A stretch of 43,508 nucleotides of DNA, taken from assembly GCA_038241375.1 (NCBI GenBank), contig JBBRFT010000003.1, forward strand, positions 1-43,508, given 5' to 3'. This stretch comes from Spirochaetota bacterium. GTDB lineage: Bacteria > Spirochaetota > UBA4802 > UBA5550. Shown in pieces: positions 27,920-37,398 of the stretch. The notes beneath the pieces were generated by a model. That model saw nothing but the letters and a program-made list of their open reading frames with translations. It was not told the DNA's origin and did not search any database. The first letter of the stretch is position 1. Every line of letters begins with the position of its first letter. The translations under genes were made by a program, and so were the position numbers.

Positions 27920-28966
27920 TTATTTGGACATCTTCGTGAGAAGTCCCGTTACTGCTTTCCCTGTGTAGTCAACAAGGGGTACGACTTTTTCATAATCCAT
28001 CCGTGTCGGACCGAAAACTCCTATTGCGCCGACAGGTTTGTTCCCGATTTTGTATGTTGATGCTACCAGACTGCATCCGGTAACCTTGTCATTCTCAATC
28101 TCTTCACCAATCATTATCCTGACGCCGTCACTTTCAATTTGCGTTTCAAGGATGTTTTTAAGAATATTTTTTTCCTCGATAATGTTCAAAAGACTGTTTA
28201 ATCTTTTCTCCTCCACCATCTCCGGAATACGGAGAAGGTTTTCTATACCGTCTATATTAATTGTTGAATCGGTAGTTTCGTTGAATGCTATTTGAGCTAT
28301 ATCAAGAGCAAGTTCACGGTTGGTTGATAATAGTTTGTCAAGACGGAGATTCTCGAATATTCTTTCTTTGATATCGTGTAGAGAGTATCCGCATAGCTCG
28401 CCAGTGAGAAATTTAGAGTACTCGAAAAGTTCATCCTGTGTAACACGTACTGAAATTGCAACTTTTCGCGTCAATATCATTCCTGTTCTGGTAATCGCGA
28501 TTAAAAGAACTTCACTGCTTTCAAGCTGAATCAGCTCTATAAGTTTTACAACTGTGAAATCCGGTTTTGGCGAAAGCATTACCCCCGCATAGTTTGATGT
28601 TACAGAGAGCATCTTTGTAACAGATTCGAATATTTTGTCCAGCTGCACTTCCCGCTGAAAAATCTTCTCGTCAATAACCATTTCATGAAAATCGTAGTTA
28701 TCCAGGAGGGAATCCACGTAATACCTGTATCCTTTGTCTGTCGGAACCCTTCCTGATGATGTATGAGGCTGCATGAGGAAATTCATCCTTTCCAGGTCAA
28801 ACATTATGTTTCTCATTGTAGCAGGGGAGAGGGAGAATGAGTATTTCTGTACAAAAGAACGTGACCCTACAGGTTTTCCCGTGAGGATGTATTCGTAAAC
28901 GATAGCGTTGAGAATAGCAGATTCTCTTTCGTCAAGTTTCCTATCAGGCTGCATTTCGTTTTTCAA
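27920..28966 (-). CDS. hrcA: Heat-inducible transcription repressor HrcA
   Basis: PVGS, SPATMRN, QPHTSSGRVPTDKGYRYYVD and GPTRMDY motifs. The track start at 29002 lies inside CIRCE; TTG 28966 (AAAGGT RBS) or ATG 28954 is more likely. Confidence 0.96.
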   Translation of the reverse strand: MKNEMQPDRKLDERESAILNAIVYEYILTGKPVGSRSFVQKYSFSLSPATMRNIMFDLERMNFLMQPHTSSGRVPTDKGYRYYVDSLLDNYDFHEMVIDEKIFQREVQLDKIFESVTKMLSVTSNYAGVMLSPKPDFTVVKLIELIQLESSEVLLIAITRTGMILTRKVAISVRVTQDELFEYSKFLTGELCGYSLHDIKERIFENLRLDKLLSTNRELALDIAQIAFNETTDSTINIDGIENLLRIPEMVEEKRLNSLLNIIEEKNILKNILETQIESDGVRIMIGEEIENDKVTGCSLVASTYKIGNKPVGAIGVFGPTRMDYEKVVPLVDYTGKAVTGLLTKMSK

Positions 28967-28991
28967 GACGTTACCTTTCTTCATCCGTTTA

Positions 28992-29018
28992 TTAGCACTC
29001 ATAAGTATTGAGTGCTAA
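28992..29018. promoter_or_regulatory. CIRCE operator (HrcA binding site)
   Basis: Exact TTAGCACTC-N9-GAGTGCTAA upstream of hrcA, with a TTGACG -35-like box just upstream on the minus strand. Confidence 0.97.
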
Positions 29019-29082
29019 TAAACAATATAATATTTTATCTGGAATCGTCAAGGAAAAATTTAAACTTTTTTAGTAAGTTTTA

Positions 29083-29916
29083 TTACTTTTTTGCAGGAGG
29101 TTTAGTTTTGCTCTTGTCATCACTCTCTTTCTTTTTGTCTCCAGCTTCAAGGGTGAATTTAGCCGCGTCTATAGTGGTTTTTAATTTATCGGCTTCACTG
29201 CTCTCTCCAAGAGTAAAATGTATCTTTCGCAAGGCCTCGAGTATCTCTATGGATTTTTTTAAATCCTCTCTTGATTTGGAGGATAATTCGTATTTTGTTC
29301 TATACTGTTTTGCAGCTTCTTCAAGAGCATCTTTAGCCATACCCACATGTTCATGTCTGTCGCGAAAATGCGGCAATCTTGGATCTCTAAATTTTAATAT
29401 ATCAGAAAAATTAATGAAGTTTCTTATTATAACAGCAATTTTTGCCTGAAGCTCAACAAAGAGCCATCTCCATTTCGAATCGTCACCCATATTGTTTTTA
29501 AGATTGAAGAAAGTAGTATCGACTCTGATCAGGAAATCCAGTATCTGGCGAGGATTCAATTTATCCAGCTTCTGAAGGTATTCTTCATTTTCTTTAAGTG
29601 AATCTCTTTCGACCTCATCTCCTACAGTCTCTTTAAGGAGAAGAAGTACTTTTGAAAAATTAGATTTAGCCACATCAAGGCTTTTATTGTTTTTTATTCC
29701 CAGCATCGCTACGGAGAAATCATTCATTTTCATGTATAATTCTATAGTACTCAGGAGGTATGTGGCAATTTCAAGGTTGTAGTACGGTTCAACATTAAGC
29801 TTGCTTTTCTTTTTCTGAAAGAGATCTTTTATTTTCTTTTCAAGTTCATCAGATTGAAGTTTAACTGCTTTTATATCGTCGTTATAGGCTGCTTTCTGTA
29901 CTTTTGATATGGCCAT
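29083..29916 (-). CDS. Hypothetical all-helical protein, 277 aa
   Basis: Long ORF with GGAG RBS and helical charged composition. No family confidently recognised. Confidence 0.8.
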   Translation of the reverse strand: MAISKVQKAAYNDDIKAVKLQSDELEKKIKDLFQKKKSKLNVEPYYNLEIATYLLSTIELYMKMNDFSVAMLGIKNNKSLDVAKSNFSKVLLLLKETVGDEVERDSLKENEEYLQKLDKLNPRQILDFLIRVDTTFFNLKNNMGDDSKWRWLFVELQAKIAVIIRNFINFSDILKFRDPRLPHFRDRHEHVGMAKDALEEAAKQYRTKYELSSKSREDLKKSIEILEALRKIHFTLGESSEADKLKTTIDAAKFTLEAGDKKKESDDKSKTKPPAKK

Positions 29917-30021
29917 TTTTAATAACTCCCGGAATATATCTGTATCTATTTAAATATAACTGAATAATTAGAATCTTTTTTCAACATTATTTTATCAAAA
30001 GTATGTTTTTTTATAAATTAT

Positions 30022-30113
30022 TCAGGCATTCCCGGGTAGCGAATTATTTCCGGGCACAAAGCGCAGCGCTGTACAGCCAAAAATAAATTGTTACGGTATC
30101 CCGAAGTGTTTGA
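30022..30113. repeat. Long imperfect palindrome in divergent intergenic region
   Basis: tcaggcatt/aagtgtttga and gtagcgaatt/aattgttac arms around an inner GC-rich segment. Confidence 0.35.
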
Positions 30114-30240
30114 TGCTATTTATTTCCTTGACTTTTTATATCGTAATAAATTCAATTTAAACAGTCTAATACATGGAAAATCCCAGATAAATTTATTAAA
30201 CTAAAGATAATTACAGATATAAATATAAATTAAAGGTTTT

Positions 30241-31437
30241 ATGAATATAAAGAATGCGATTATAACAGCTATCAGGTCATTAAGGCGTAATAAATTAAGA
30301 TCCTTGCTTACAAGTATCGGAATTATTATAGGGGTCTCTTCTGTGATTCTGATGATAGGACTTGGAAGCAGTGCCCGTATAGAAGTTAGGGACAAAGTAG
30401 CTAATTTTGGAGAGAATGGTATATCGTTTGAGATGAAACCTTTCGGGAAGAGGATCACAAGCAATGATATTTTTTCACTTAAAAATGAAATTTTTGAAAT
30501 AGATAAAATAAGTCCCATATGTTATATCTCTGAAAAGGGCGGACTTTTGAAATATAGAGATAATTCAACACGCGCAAAGATGTGGGGAGTTAATAATGAT
30601 TTTTTGAAGATTAAAGGCCGGAGTGTCGTAACCGGGAGGTCTTTTACCGAAGATGATATTAATTCATTTGCGAAAGTTGTAATTATTGGATTGACCACAA
30701 AAGAAGTTCTTTTTGGTCAAAGAAATCCTATTGGTGAGCAGATTCTTTTTAATGGCGTACCTCTTCAGGTAATCGGGATTCTTAATGCTGCCGGGATAGC
30801 CTTTTCGGGAAACGATTTTGATAATGAGGTTATTATTCCTCATACAACCGCAAATGTCCGGTTTTTCGCAAGAAGGGATATTTATTCCGAAATTATTCTT
30901 TCTACAAAGGAAGAGAACATGCTTGAGGGCGCAGAAAAAAAAATTATTAAATATTTTAGAAAGGTACATAATCTTAAAGAAGGAGCTGAAGATACTTACT
31001 GGATCAAAACAAGTAAAGAAAAGCTTAAAATGACTGAGGATATTACAAGAGCTCTTTCTTTTCTCCTTGCGGGGATTGCATCTATTTCACTTTTTGTGGG
31101 CGGTGTAGGGATTATGAATATTATGCTTGTCTCTGTAACCGAGCGGACCAGGGAGATCGGTATAAGAATGGCAATCGGTGCAAAAAGAAAAGATGTTCTT
31201 TTTCAGTTTTTAATTGAAGCGGTAACTCTTACCTCTGCGGGGGGAGCCATCGGGATAATGCTTGGTCTGTTAATTTATCTGATTCTAGTCATTGTGCTGA
31301 AGTGGGCATTTGTTTTTTCTCTGCTTTCAGTGCTGTTATCTTTTATCTTTTCCACTGCAGTAGGTGTTTTCTTCGGGTATTATCCCGCAAGGAAAGCCTC
31401 AAATCTTAAGCCTATTGATGCTTTAAAATTTGAATAA
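30241..31437 (+). CDS. MacB/FtsX-family ABC transporter permease
   Basis: RSLLTSIGIIIGVSSV, GGVGIMNIMLVSVTERTREIGIRMAIGA and YYPARKASNLKPIDAL motifs; no fused NBD. Confidence 0.92.
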   Translation: MNIKNAIITAIRSLRRNKLRSLLTSIGIIIGVSSVILMIGLGSSARIEVRDKVANFGENGISFEMKPFGKRITSNDIFSLKNEIFEIDKISPICYISEKGGLLKYRDNSTRAKMWGVNNDFLKIKGRSVVTGRSFTEDDINSFAKVVIIGLTTKEVLFGQRNPIGEQILFNGVPLQVIGILNAAGIAFSGNDFDNEVIIPHTTANVRFFARRDIYSEIILSTKEENMLEGAEKKIIKYFRKVHNLKEGAEDTYWIKTSKEKLKMTEDITRALSFLLAGIASISLFVGGVGIMNIMLVSVTERTREIGIRMAIGAKRKDVLFQFLIEAVTLTSAGGAIGIMLGLLIYLILVIVLKWAFVFSLLSVLLSFIFSTAVGVFFGYYPARKASNLKPIDALKFE

Positions 31438-31457
31438 AACTGCAGGTTTTAACCGGT

Positions 31458-31503
31458 AAAAAAGGGGACTGTTTTTATTTGATTTTGAAACAATCCCCTT
31501 TTC
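31458..31503. terminator. Probable bidirectional terminator
   Basis: AAAAAAGGGGACTGTTT...AAACAATCCCCTTTT between convergent genes. Confidence 0.6.
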
Positions 31504-31548
31504 TTTATCCTGTGCCCGTGAAATATATGAACAGGTCTTTCTTTTGAT

Positions 31549-31797
31549 TTATTTTTTTATACGGCTAATCAGCCAGAGAAGAAGAAGAGCCCCTATAAGT
31601 GCCGAGATTATCTGAGCGATAATACCGTAAATTCTGAATCCCGCAAAATTAAAGAGAAATCCTCCAATTAAAGCTCAACAAACACCAAGAAGAAGATTCC
31701 CTATGAAACCGAAACCTCGTCCTTTCCATAGCAATCCTGAAAGATACCCTGCTGAAACCCCAACGATTATCATGATTATTATTCTCATTATGGCCAT
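31549..31797 (-). pseudogene. GlsB/YeaQ/YmgE (transglycosylase-associated) membrane protein interrupted by one in-frame TGA
   Basis: MAIMRIIIMIIVGVSAGYLSGLLWKGRGFGFIGNLLLGVC*ALIGGFLFNFAGFRIYGIIAQIISALIGALLLLWLISRIKK. TGA at 31677-31675 falls where the family has Gly. Confidence 0.8.
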
Positions 31798-31843
31798 CCT
31801 GTTTTTTTATATGCTCCTGCCTGTTACTGGCATAGCTGATATA

Positions 31844-32968
31844 TTATCGGTTAAGTTTCTGTTTCCTGTAGTGACTTGGCGACTCACCTGTAATTTTTGA
31901 AAATACAGTACAGAAAGTAGTATTGGAATTAAACCCTACTGCGATTCCCACGGAAAGTATAGATCTCTGTGGTTCTTTAATGAGCATTGTTTGCGCTTCG
32001 GCGACTCTGTATTCATTGATAAAAGTGTTGAAATTTTTTTTAATTTTTTCGTTAAGTATCTCTGATAGCTGATGGGCGCTGATCCCAAGTTCGCTGGCTA
32101 AATCGCGCAAAGAGAGATCTTCGTCTGCAAAAACTTTTTCGTCACGCATGAGTTCCTCAAGTCTTGTACATATGTCATTTATATCCAGGCCGGAAATACG
32201 GGATTTTTCATAGTTTGCCTTTCTGGTTTCGCTTCTCAAAAGGCGGTGATAATCAGGGTGACGCTGAGTCACAAGATAAACATAAATAGTAAAAACGTTC
32301 GCAATAAGCAGTGATATAACTACAAGATCAAGAGAAAAAATGTATCCGAATAGGCAAAGAATATTTGAAACAACTATGGATAGAGCGGAAAGATAACCCA
32401 TTCTTGCAGGCTTGGAAATCTTGTTGTTGCTGTCACGTCTCCAGACCGGGAGCATCTGTATTAGAACCGGCGTCATCAGCACTGCAACATAAAGATTTGG
32501 AATTATTGCAGTGATGTATGTAATTTTAAAGTATAAGGGTAGTCTTGTGAAATTTTCACTCACAAGAGGCAGACCAGGATAGTATCTGTACATCTCCTCG
32601 TGCCCGGAAAAAGGGAAGTATAGAAAAATTCCCAGTGATATAATAGATGGAATGATCAGGTAAATATGCAATCTGCTTAGTTTAAAAGTACTTGCAAGAA
32701 CCCATCTGTATCTCAATGCCATAATCGGCGGAATAATATATATCAGCGGGACGGGAATAAATGTCAGATACCAGGCGTATTTCCAGCCGTTTATAATATC
32801 AGTGCTGAAAAGGGCAATTTGAAACATCCATATAGACATACCGAAAAATGAGAGAGCAAAGAGGTAATCGATAAGAGCTTTTTTTGCCTGAACGAGCAGG
32901 CCGATGGATATAACCAGAGCAAAAGCCGGACCGAAAAACATGATAAAATATAGAATCATATGTGGCAT
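31844..32968 (-). CDS. Membrane-anchored (about 7 TM) AraC-family transcriptional regulator
   Basis: Hydrophobic N-terminus, then DEDLSLRDLA...HQLSEILN...NFNTFINEYRV...VGFNS..TF...F.K.TGESPSHYR. Confidence 0.9.
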   Translation of the reverse strand: MPHMILYFIMFFGPAFALVISIGLLVQAKKALIDYLFALSFFGMSIWMFQIALFSTDIINGWKYAWYLTFIPVPLIYIIPPIMALRYRWVLASTFKLSRLHIYLIIPSIISLGIFLYFPFSGHEEMYRYYPGLPLVSENFTRLPLYFKITYITAIIPNLYVAVLMTPVLIQMLPVWRRDSNNKISKPARMGYLSALSIVVSNILCLFGYIFSLDLVVISLLIANVFTIYVYLVTQRHPDYHRLLRSETRKANYEKSRISGLDINDICTRLEELMRDEKVFADEDLSLRDLASELGISAHQLSEILNEKIKKNFNTFINEYRVAEAQTMLIKEPQRSILSVGIAVGFNSNTTFCTVFSKITGESPSHYRKQKLNR

Positions 32969-33210
32969 AAATTTTTACCGGTTTTTTTTTAATGTTAATT
33001 TATCCGAGAACTATGTCAATGACATTTGATTTATTTTTAAATCATGTTAATCGTTTAATCCTTGAAATCAAGGTTCAGAACACTTCCCGAATTATAATTA
33101 ATAAAAATTCAGAATTTCATAAGTTATAAATCGGCAAGACAGATTCAATTTAATATGGTACAAATATCCATAAATATTAAATTAAAAGAGTTCATATTGG
33201 AGGCTGCTTA

Positions 33211-35049
33211 ATGAGTAATGTCAATTATGAAAAAGAGTTTCAGGATTTTCTCGCTAAAGATGATCATCTTGGTAAAATGGTACACAAAAGAGCTGAAAAA
33301 TACGGAAACAGCAAAGTTGCAGTAAGACATAAAGCTTTTGGAGAATGGGAGGAGTTCAGCTGGAGTAAATTTGTTGATCTTATAGATTCAGCTGCAATGG
33401 GGCTTCTTGAGTATGGAGTTAAAGAGAGAGAATTTGTAGGTATTTTTTCAAATAACAGAGTTGAGCTTGCTGTTGCGGATTTCGGATGTTTTTCAATACG
33501 TGCCTGTTCTGTTCCGATTTACCAGTCAAACTCTGCAGAAGAACTTAAATATATTGTAAATGACTGCGGTATCAGAATTCTCTTTGTTGAAAAACAGGAA
33601 CATTATGATAAAGCAGTAAGCATACTTAAAGATACAAAAATCGAAAAACTGATCGTGATAGATCACAGAATAAACTACGATAAAAATAACAGTAAGGTAA
33701 TACTATATACAGATTTTATTGAGATGGGTAAAAAATCTTCGAAGAAGAGTGAACTTGAGAAGAAACTTGCTGCATCCACAAGCGAAGACCTCTCAACTCT
33801 TATTTACACATCGGGTACAACCGGCGAGCCTAAAGGTGTAATGCTGACTCACAAAAACTGGCTTGCAATGCTTTTTGCTACAGGATATTATATTCCTATA
33901 GTTGAGTCTGATGTTAATCTTGCATTCCTTCCTGTTGCCCACGTTTTTGAAAGAGCATGGAGTTATTTTATTCTATGCAGTAATGCTCGTGTTGATTATT
34001 GCCATGAGGCAAAACCTGAAGTTCTTCTTGAGTTTCTCCTTGAATCGAAGCCTCACTATATGTGCAGCGTTCCAAGACTCTGGGAAAAAGTTTACGGAAA
34101 GGTCATGGATGGAGTAAGCCAGGCTCCTGAGAAGAAACAGAAACTTTTTGCATGGGCTCTCAAAACCGGAAAAGAAGTCGCATATTTAAAGAAAGAAATG
34201 AAGCCTATACCATTTGGATTAAAATTCAAGTTTAAAATAGCTGATACTCTTGTACTTAAGAAAGTACGTAACATATTCGGTGGAAGAAACAAAGTATACA
34301 ATTGCGGAGGTTCAGCATTCTCCGGTGAAATCGGTGAGTTTTTCTTCAGCTGCGGTGTTCTTCTCCTACAGGGATATGGTATGACAGAGTGTTTCGTAAT
34401 CAGTGTATCAAATCCTCAGCGCAATAAGTTCGGGACATGTGGACCAGTTGTTCCTCTTATGCAGGTTAGAATCTCTCCCGAAGGTGAAATTCAGTCTAAA
34501 AGCCCGAGCCAGACTCCGGGTTACTGGAACAAACCTCAGCTTACTAAAGATCTTTTTACTGAAGACGGATGGGTTAGAACAGGTGATATCGGGCACATCG
34601 ATGAAGACGGTTATGTTGTAATTACAGACAGACTAAAGGATATGTTTAAAACTTCAGGCGGTAAGTATATTGCTCCACAGCAGATTGAGGGGCTTCTTAA
34701 AGAAGATATTTTCTTTGAGCAGGCAGCTGCAATTGGTGACGGATTAAAATATGTATCTGCGCTTGTTGTTCCGAATTTCGTTCAGCTCGAAGCATATTGC
34801 GAAAAGAATGGAATAACATTCTCTTCACGGGAAGAGCTTATCAAGAAGCCTGAAATCATTCAGCTTTACAGAGATAAAATCAATGCAAGAACAGCAGCAC
34901 TTGGACAGGTTGAGCAGGTTAAAAAGTTTACTCTTCTTGCAAACGAGTTTGCACAGGAAACAGGGGAGCTTACTCCAACATTTAAGCTAAAGAGAAAAGT
35001 TGTTTCTGCCAAGTTTAAAGGTGAAATTGACGCGATGTATAAAGACTAA
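33211..35049 (+). CDS. fadD: Long-chain fatty acid--CoA ligase (AMP-dependent synthetase)
   Basis: YTSGTTGEPKGVMLTH, FLPVAHVFER, QGYGMTE, RTGDIG, DRLKD.FKTSGGKYIAPQ and ELTPTFKLKR motifs. Confidence 0.92.
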   Translation: MSNVNYEKEFQDFLAKDDHLGKMVHKRAEKYGNSKVAVRHKAFGEWEEFSWSKFVDLIDSAAMGLLEYGVKEREFVGIFSNNRVELAVADFGCFSIRACSVPIYQSNSAEELKYIVNDCGIRILFVEKQEHYDKAVSILKDTKIEKLIVIDHRINYDKNNSKVILYTDFIEMGKKSSKKSELEKKLAASTSEDLSTLIYTSGTTGEPKGVMLTHKNWLAMLFATGYYIPIVESDVNLAFLPVAHVFERAWSYFILCSNARVDYCHEAKPEVLLEFLLESKPHYMCSVPRLWEKVYGKVMDGVSQAPEKKQKLFAWALKTGKEVAYLKKEMKPIPFGLKFKFKIADTLVLKKVRNIFGGRNKVYNCGGSAFSGEIGEFFFSCGVLLLQGYGMTECFVISVSNPQRNKFGTCGPVVPLMQVRISPEGEIQSKSPSQTPGYWNKPQLTKDLFTEDGWVRTGDIGHIDEDGYVVITDRLKDMFKTSGGKYIAPQQIEGLLKEDIFFEQAAAIGDGLKYVSALVVPNFVQLEAYCEKNGITFSSREELIKKPEIIQLYRDKINARTAALGQVEQVKKFTLLANEFAQETGELTPTFKLKRKVVSAKFKGEIDAMYKD

Positions 35050-35066
35050 GAATAAGACTCCGCACC

Positions 35067-35164
35067 GCCAAGCCCCCCAAACCCCCCGGAGGGGGGCTTT
35101 AAAATCCGGAGGAATTTATTTTGTTTAATTGGGGAATAAAAAGTTTTCGGGGGTTGGGGCTGGC
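35067..35164. repeat. C/G-run bipartite palindromic element (family B, copy 1)
   Basis: AAGCCCCCCAAACCCCCCGGAGGGGGGC...CGGGGGTTGGGGCTGG; same architecture as 40637-40755. Confidence 0.6.
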
Positions 35165-35245
35165 AATGAATTGTTATCCAATTGTCACAATTAAAAAGAT
35201 AAGATGTATGAGCAGTTATTGGGAAATATAGAGATTCAGCGGAAG

Positions 35246-35271
35246 GGCGGCGTTAGATAACGCCGCCTTTT
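35246..35271 (+). terminator. Intrinsic terminator between fadD and the patatin gene
   Basis: GGCGGCGTT-AGAT-AACGCCGCC-TTTT. Confidence 0.75.
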
Positions 35272-35275
35272 CTGT

Positions 35276-36340
35276 TTAAAAAGGTTTAATTATATCTTTA
35301 AGTTTTCCGCTCGATGCAGCTTCCATGAACTCTTCGCCGATAATTGAACTTTTTTTAATAACTTCATTCCAGTATTTAAGCCTCTCATCATCGTTGCCGA
35401 AAAAAGTTTTAAAATCTGTTCTGTCGGGAATTTTACCCATCGGGAGACCTTCTATAAATTTTTTTGAAGGTGCAACAAGAACTGTATTCGAATAAAATTC
35501 TTTATCGGGCTTTCTCCATGTGAGAGATTTGTCGAGCCATCCCGGAATTACCCTGCTGCTGAAATGCGGAAAGAGTACAATGCCATCATTTACGCCAAAA
35601 TCGATATTTATGTGATAATCGGTAAGCCCGCCGTCCCTGTAAGTTCCCGATGGCGCGCCGGGAATATTTTTAATCCCCTCCATAACAAATGGGATAGATC
35701 CTGAAGAGAGTAGTGCCTGTTTAAGATTTTTTGCAGAGAGTTTGACTCTGTTTTCTTTTTTAAAAGAGTTCGCGAAAGGTGGAGTGTTTCTTGAATCATG
35801 AAAAAGTGTTCTTGTGTAAATTTTCAAAAGAAGTTTTCTGCTTACAAGGTTCATCATCATGGCCGGGATAAAAGAGAGTGCAAGAGCCTTATTGCTCTCA
35901 AGTGATGAGATGCCGGTACATTGTGCGGAGATTATGTTCAGATTGAATTTTGATCTGTTTAGAATAAAATCAATATTTTCCTCTTTCAGGAAATCATTTA
36001 AAATTCGGGTGCTCTCTTCCGTTACCTCTTTTCTTGTCGGTTTGCTGGAGTAGTGCTGTTTAAGGTAAGATTCAGTAAAGATATCAAGAGTTTTAATCGG
36101 GTCTTTGCTTGCAAATGCCGCGCCTCTCCATGAACCGATAGATGATCCGATGAAGAAGAGCGGATCAGTTCTCTTTTTAAACCATGTATTTAATATAGCT
36201 TTATCGAGCCCGTTAAGTACCAGAAATTTCGGCCCACCTGAAGCTCCTACAATGCCTTTGATATCATTTTCGTTAAGTCCTCTGTCGCGGATAATCTCAG
36301 TGGCTTTAGTTCCTGCGAAAATTTCTATGTTGTTGTACAT
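35276..36340 (-). CDS. Patatin-like phospholipase family protein
   Basis: GASGGPK Gly-rich loop, GSSIG (GxSxG), SGSIPF and YRDGG motifs. Confidence 0.82.
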   Translation of the reverse strand: MYNNIEIFAGTKATEIIRDRGLNENDIKGIVGASGGPKFLVLNGLDKAILNTWFKKRTDPLFFIGSSIGSWRGAAFASKDPIKTLDIFTESYLKQHYSSKPTRKEVTEESTRILNDFLKEENIDFILNRSKFNLNIISAQCTGISSLESNKALALSFIPAMMMNLVSRKLLLKIYTRTLFHDSRNTPPFANSFKKENRVKLSAKNLKQALLSSGSIPFVMEGIKNIPGAPSGTYRDGGLTDYHINIDFGVNDGIVLFPHFSSRVIPGWLDKSLTWRKPDKEFYSNTVLVAPSKKFIEGLPMGKIPDRTDFKTFFGNDDERLKYWNEVIKKSSIIGEEFMEAASSGKLKDIIKPF

Positions 36341-36415
36341 TGTTTTATCCTTATTTTGATTTATTTCACTGTTTTTTATAATTATCGGGAACCGTGAAGA
36401 TCAATTGTAAACTGG

Positions 36416-36790
36416 TTATTCTCTGTTAAGGGGATTAAATATCTGAATATTAATATCGAGTGCTCTTTTTATAATCTGAGTGTCAGATGTGATCAGTGTT
36501 GCATTTTCCTGAAGAGCCGTTGCTGCAATTATAGAATCGGGAAGTTTTAATCCGTAAGTTTTTCTGATATCAACAGTTTTGTTTATCAAATCATTATCGA
36601 TAAAAATTATACTGCAATTTTCTAATATTTTATTTATATTTTTTTCTTCTTCAGGTACTGACTTGTGAGACAAAAGTCCAATTTTTGTAATAAATGAAAT
36701 GAATATATTGTCTCCATCGATTATTGGAAGTTCTTTTGATTTACCTTTAAGCAAGTATATGATCGCATTAGTATCGAATAAATAATTCAT
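36416..36790 (-). CDS. vapC: VapC/PIN toxin (catalytic Glu apparently replaced by Gly)
   Basis: LFDTNAII, LKLPDSIIAATA and LITSD motifs; SFITKIGLL where SxITxxELL is expected. Confidence 0.88.
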   Translation of the reverse strand: MNYLFDTNAIIYLLKGKSKELPIIDGDNIFISFITKIGLLSHKSVPEEEKNINKILENCSIIFIDNDLINKTVDIRKTYGLKLPDSIIAATALQENATLITSDTQIIKRALDINIQIFNPLNRE

Positions 36791-37012
36791 TTATCTATCC
36801 CATTCCTCCCTGATTTTTTTTTGAAATTCCATCCCGTCCGGTAAATCGGGGCAGCAGCCTTGTAGTTCTTTTAATAGTTCCAGATTTGTTTTCTTTTTTC
36901 TATTTTCTTCAACATCAGGTAAAATAATGATCTCTACACTTCTCCCTTTGAATTGATTTAACTCCGGCAATCTGTCAGATGTAATTGTCTTTATTATTCT
37001 GCATGCTTCCAT
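36791..37012 (-). CDS. Putative antitoxin, 73 aa
   Basis: Abuts the PIN gene; GRSVEIIIL and DGMEFQKKIREEW segments resemble VapC-associated antitoxins. Confidence 0.7.
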   Translation of the reverse strand: MEACRIIKTITSDRLPELNQFKGRSVEIIILPDVEENRKKKTNLELLKELQGCCPDLPDGMEFQKKIREEWDR

Positions 37013-37205
37013 AATATCCTCTGTTAAACAGACTTAAATTTATTGTTATGTGTTACTAAAAACCGGAATGTGAAATGAACCAGACCGGATTTTATAAACT
37101 GATTTAAATCACAATACAGGTAATGGCTGTTCTTAAGACAGCCATAATAATACAAACTAATACACAGAGTTTTTAATTTCAACAATATTATATAAATATT
37201 AATTG

Positions 37206-37281
37206 TTGACCCTGTGGTAAAACTGATCTTCGTCTCGCAGTTGGCGCGGCGGAGATAAAATGCAACCAGTTTATGAGTCGA
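37206..37281. repeat. Imperfect palindromic element (family A-like)
   Basis: aaactg/cagttt arms around the hairpin atcttcgtctcg-cagttgg-cgcggcggagat; ends in tttatgag. Confidence 0.4.
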
Positions 37282-37398
37282 TACTATAAAGCAGATAAAT
37301 TTCAAGAAATATACTTTACAGTAGAATATAAATCATTAATATATTAATAAATATACGTAGTTGGAAAAGTTTAAAAATTTAATTAAAAAGTGAATCTG

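Noticed and set aside
31675-31677. Genome-wide TGA recoding (code 4 or 25)
   Set aside because: TGA terminates several clear genes here (grpE, the ECF sigma, the DMT, the Phd antitoxin) at their expected ends.
31703-31900. 65-aa plus-strand ORF
   Set aside because: Antisense shadow of the GlsB/YeaQ pseudogene and the AraC 3' end.
37024-37305. 93-aa minus-strand ORF upstream of the antitoxin
   Set aside because: No RBS, atypical composition and it crosses a palindromic element; likely spurious.
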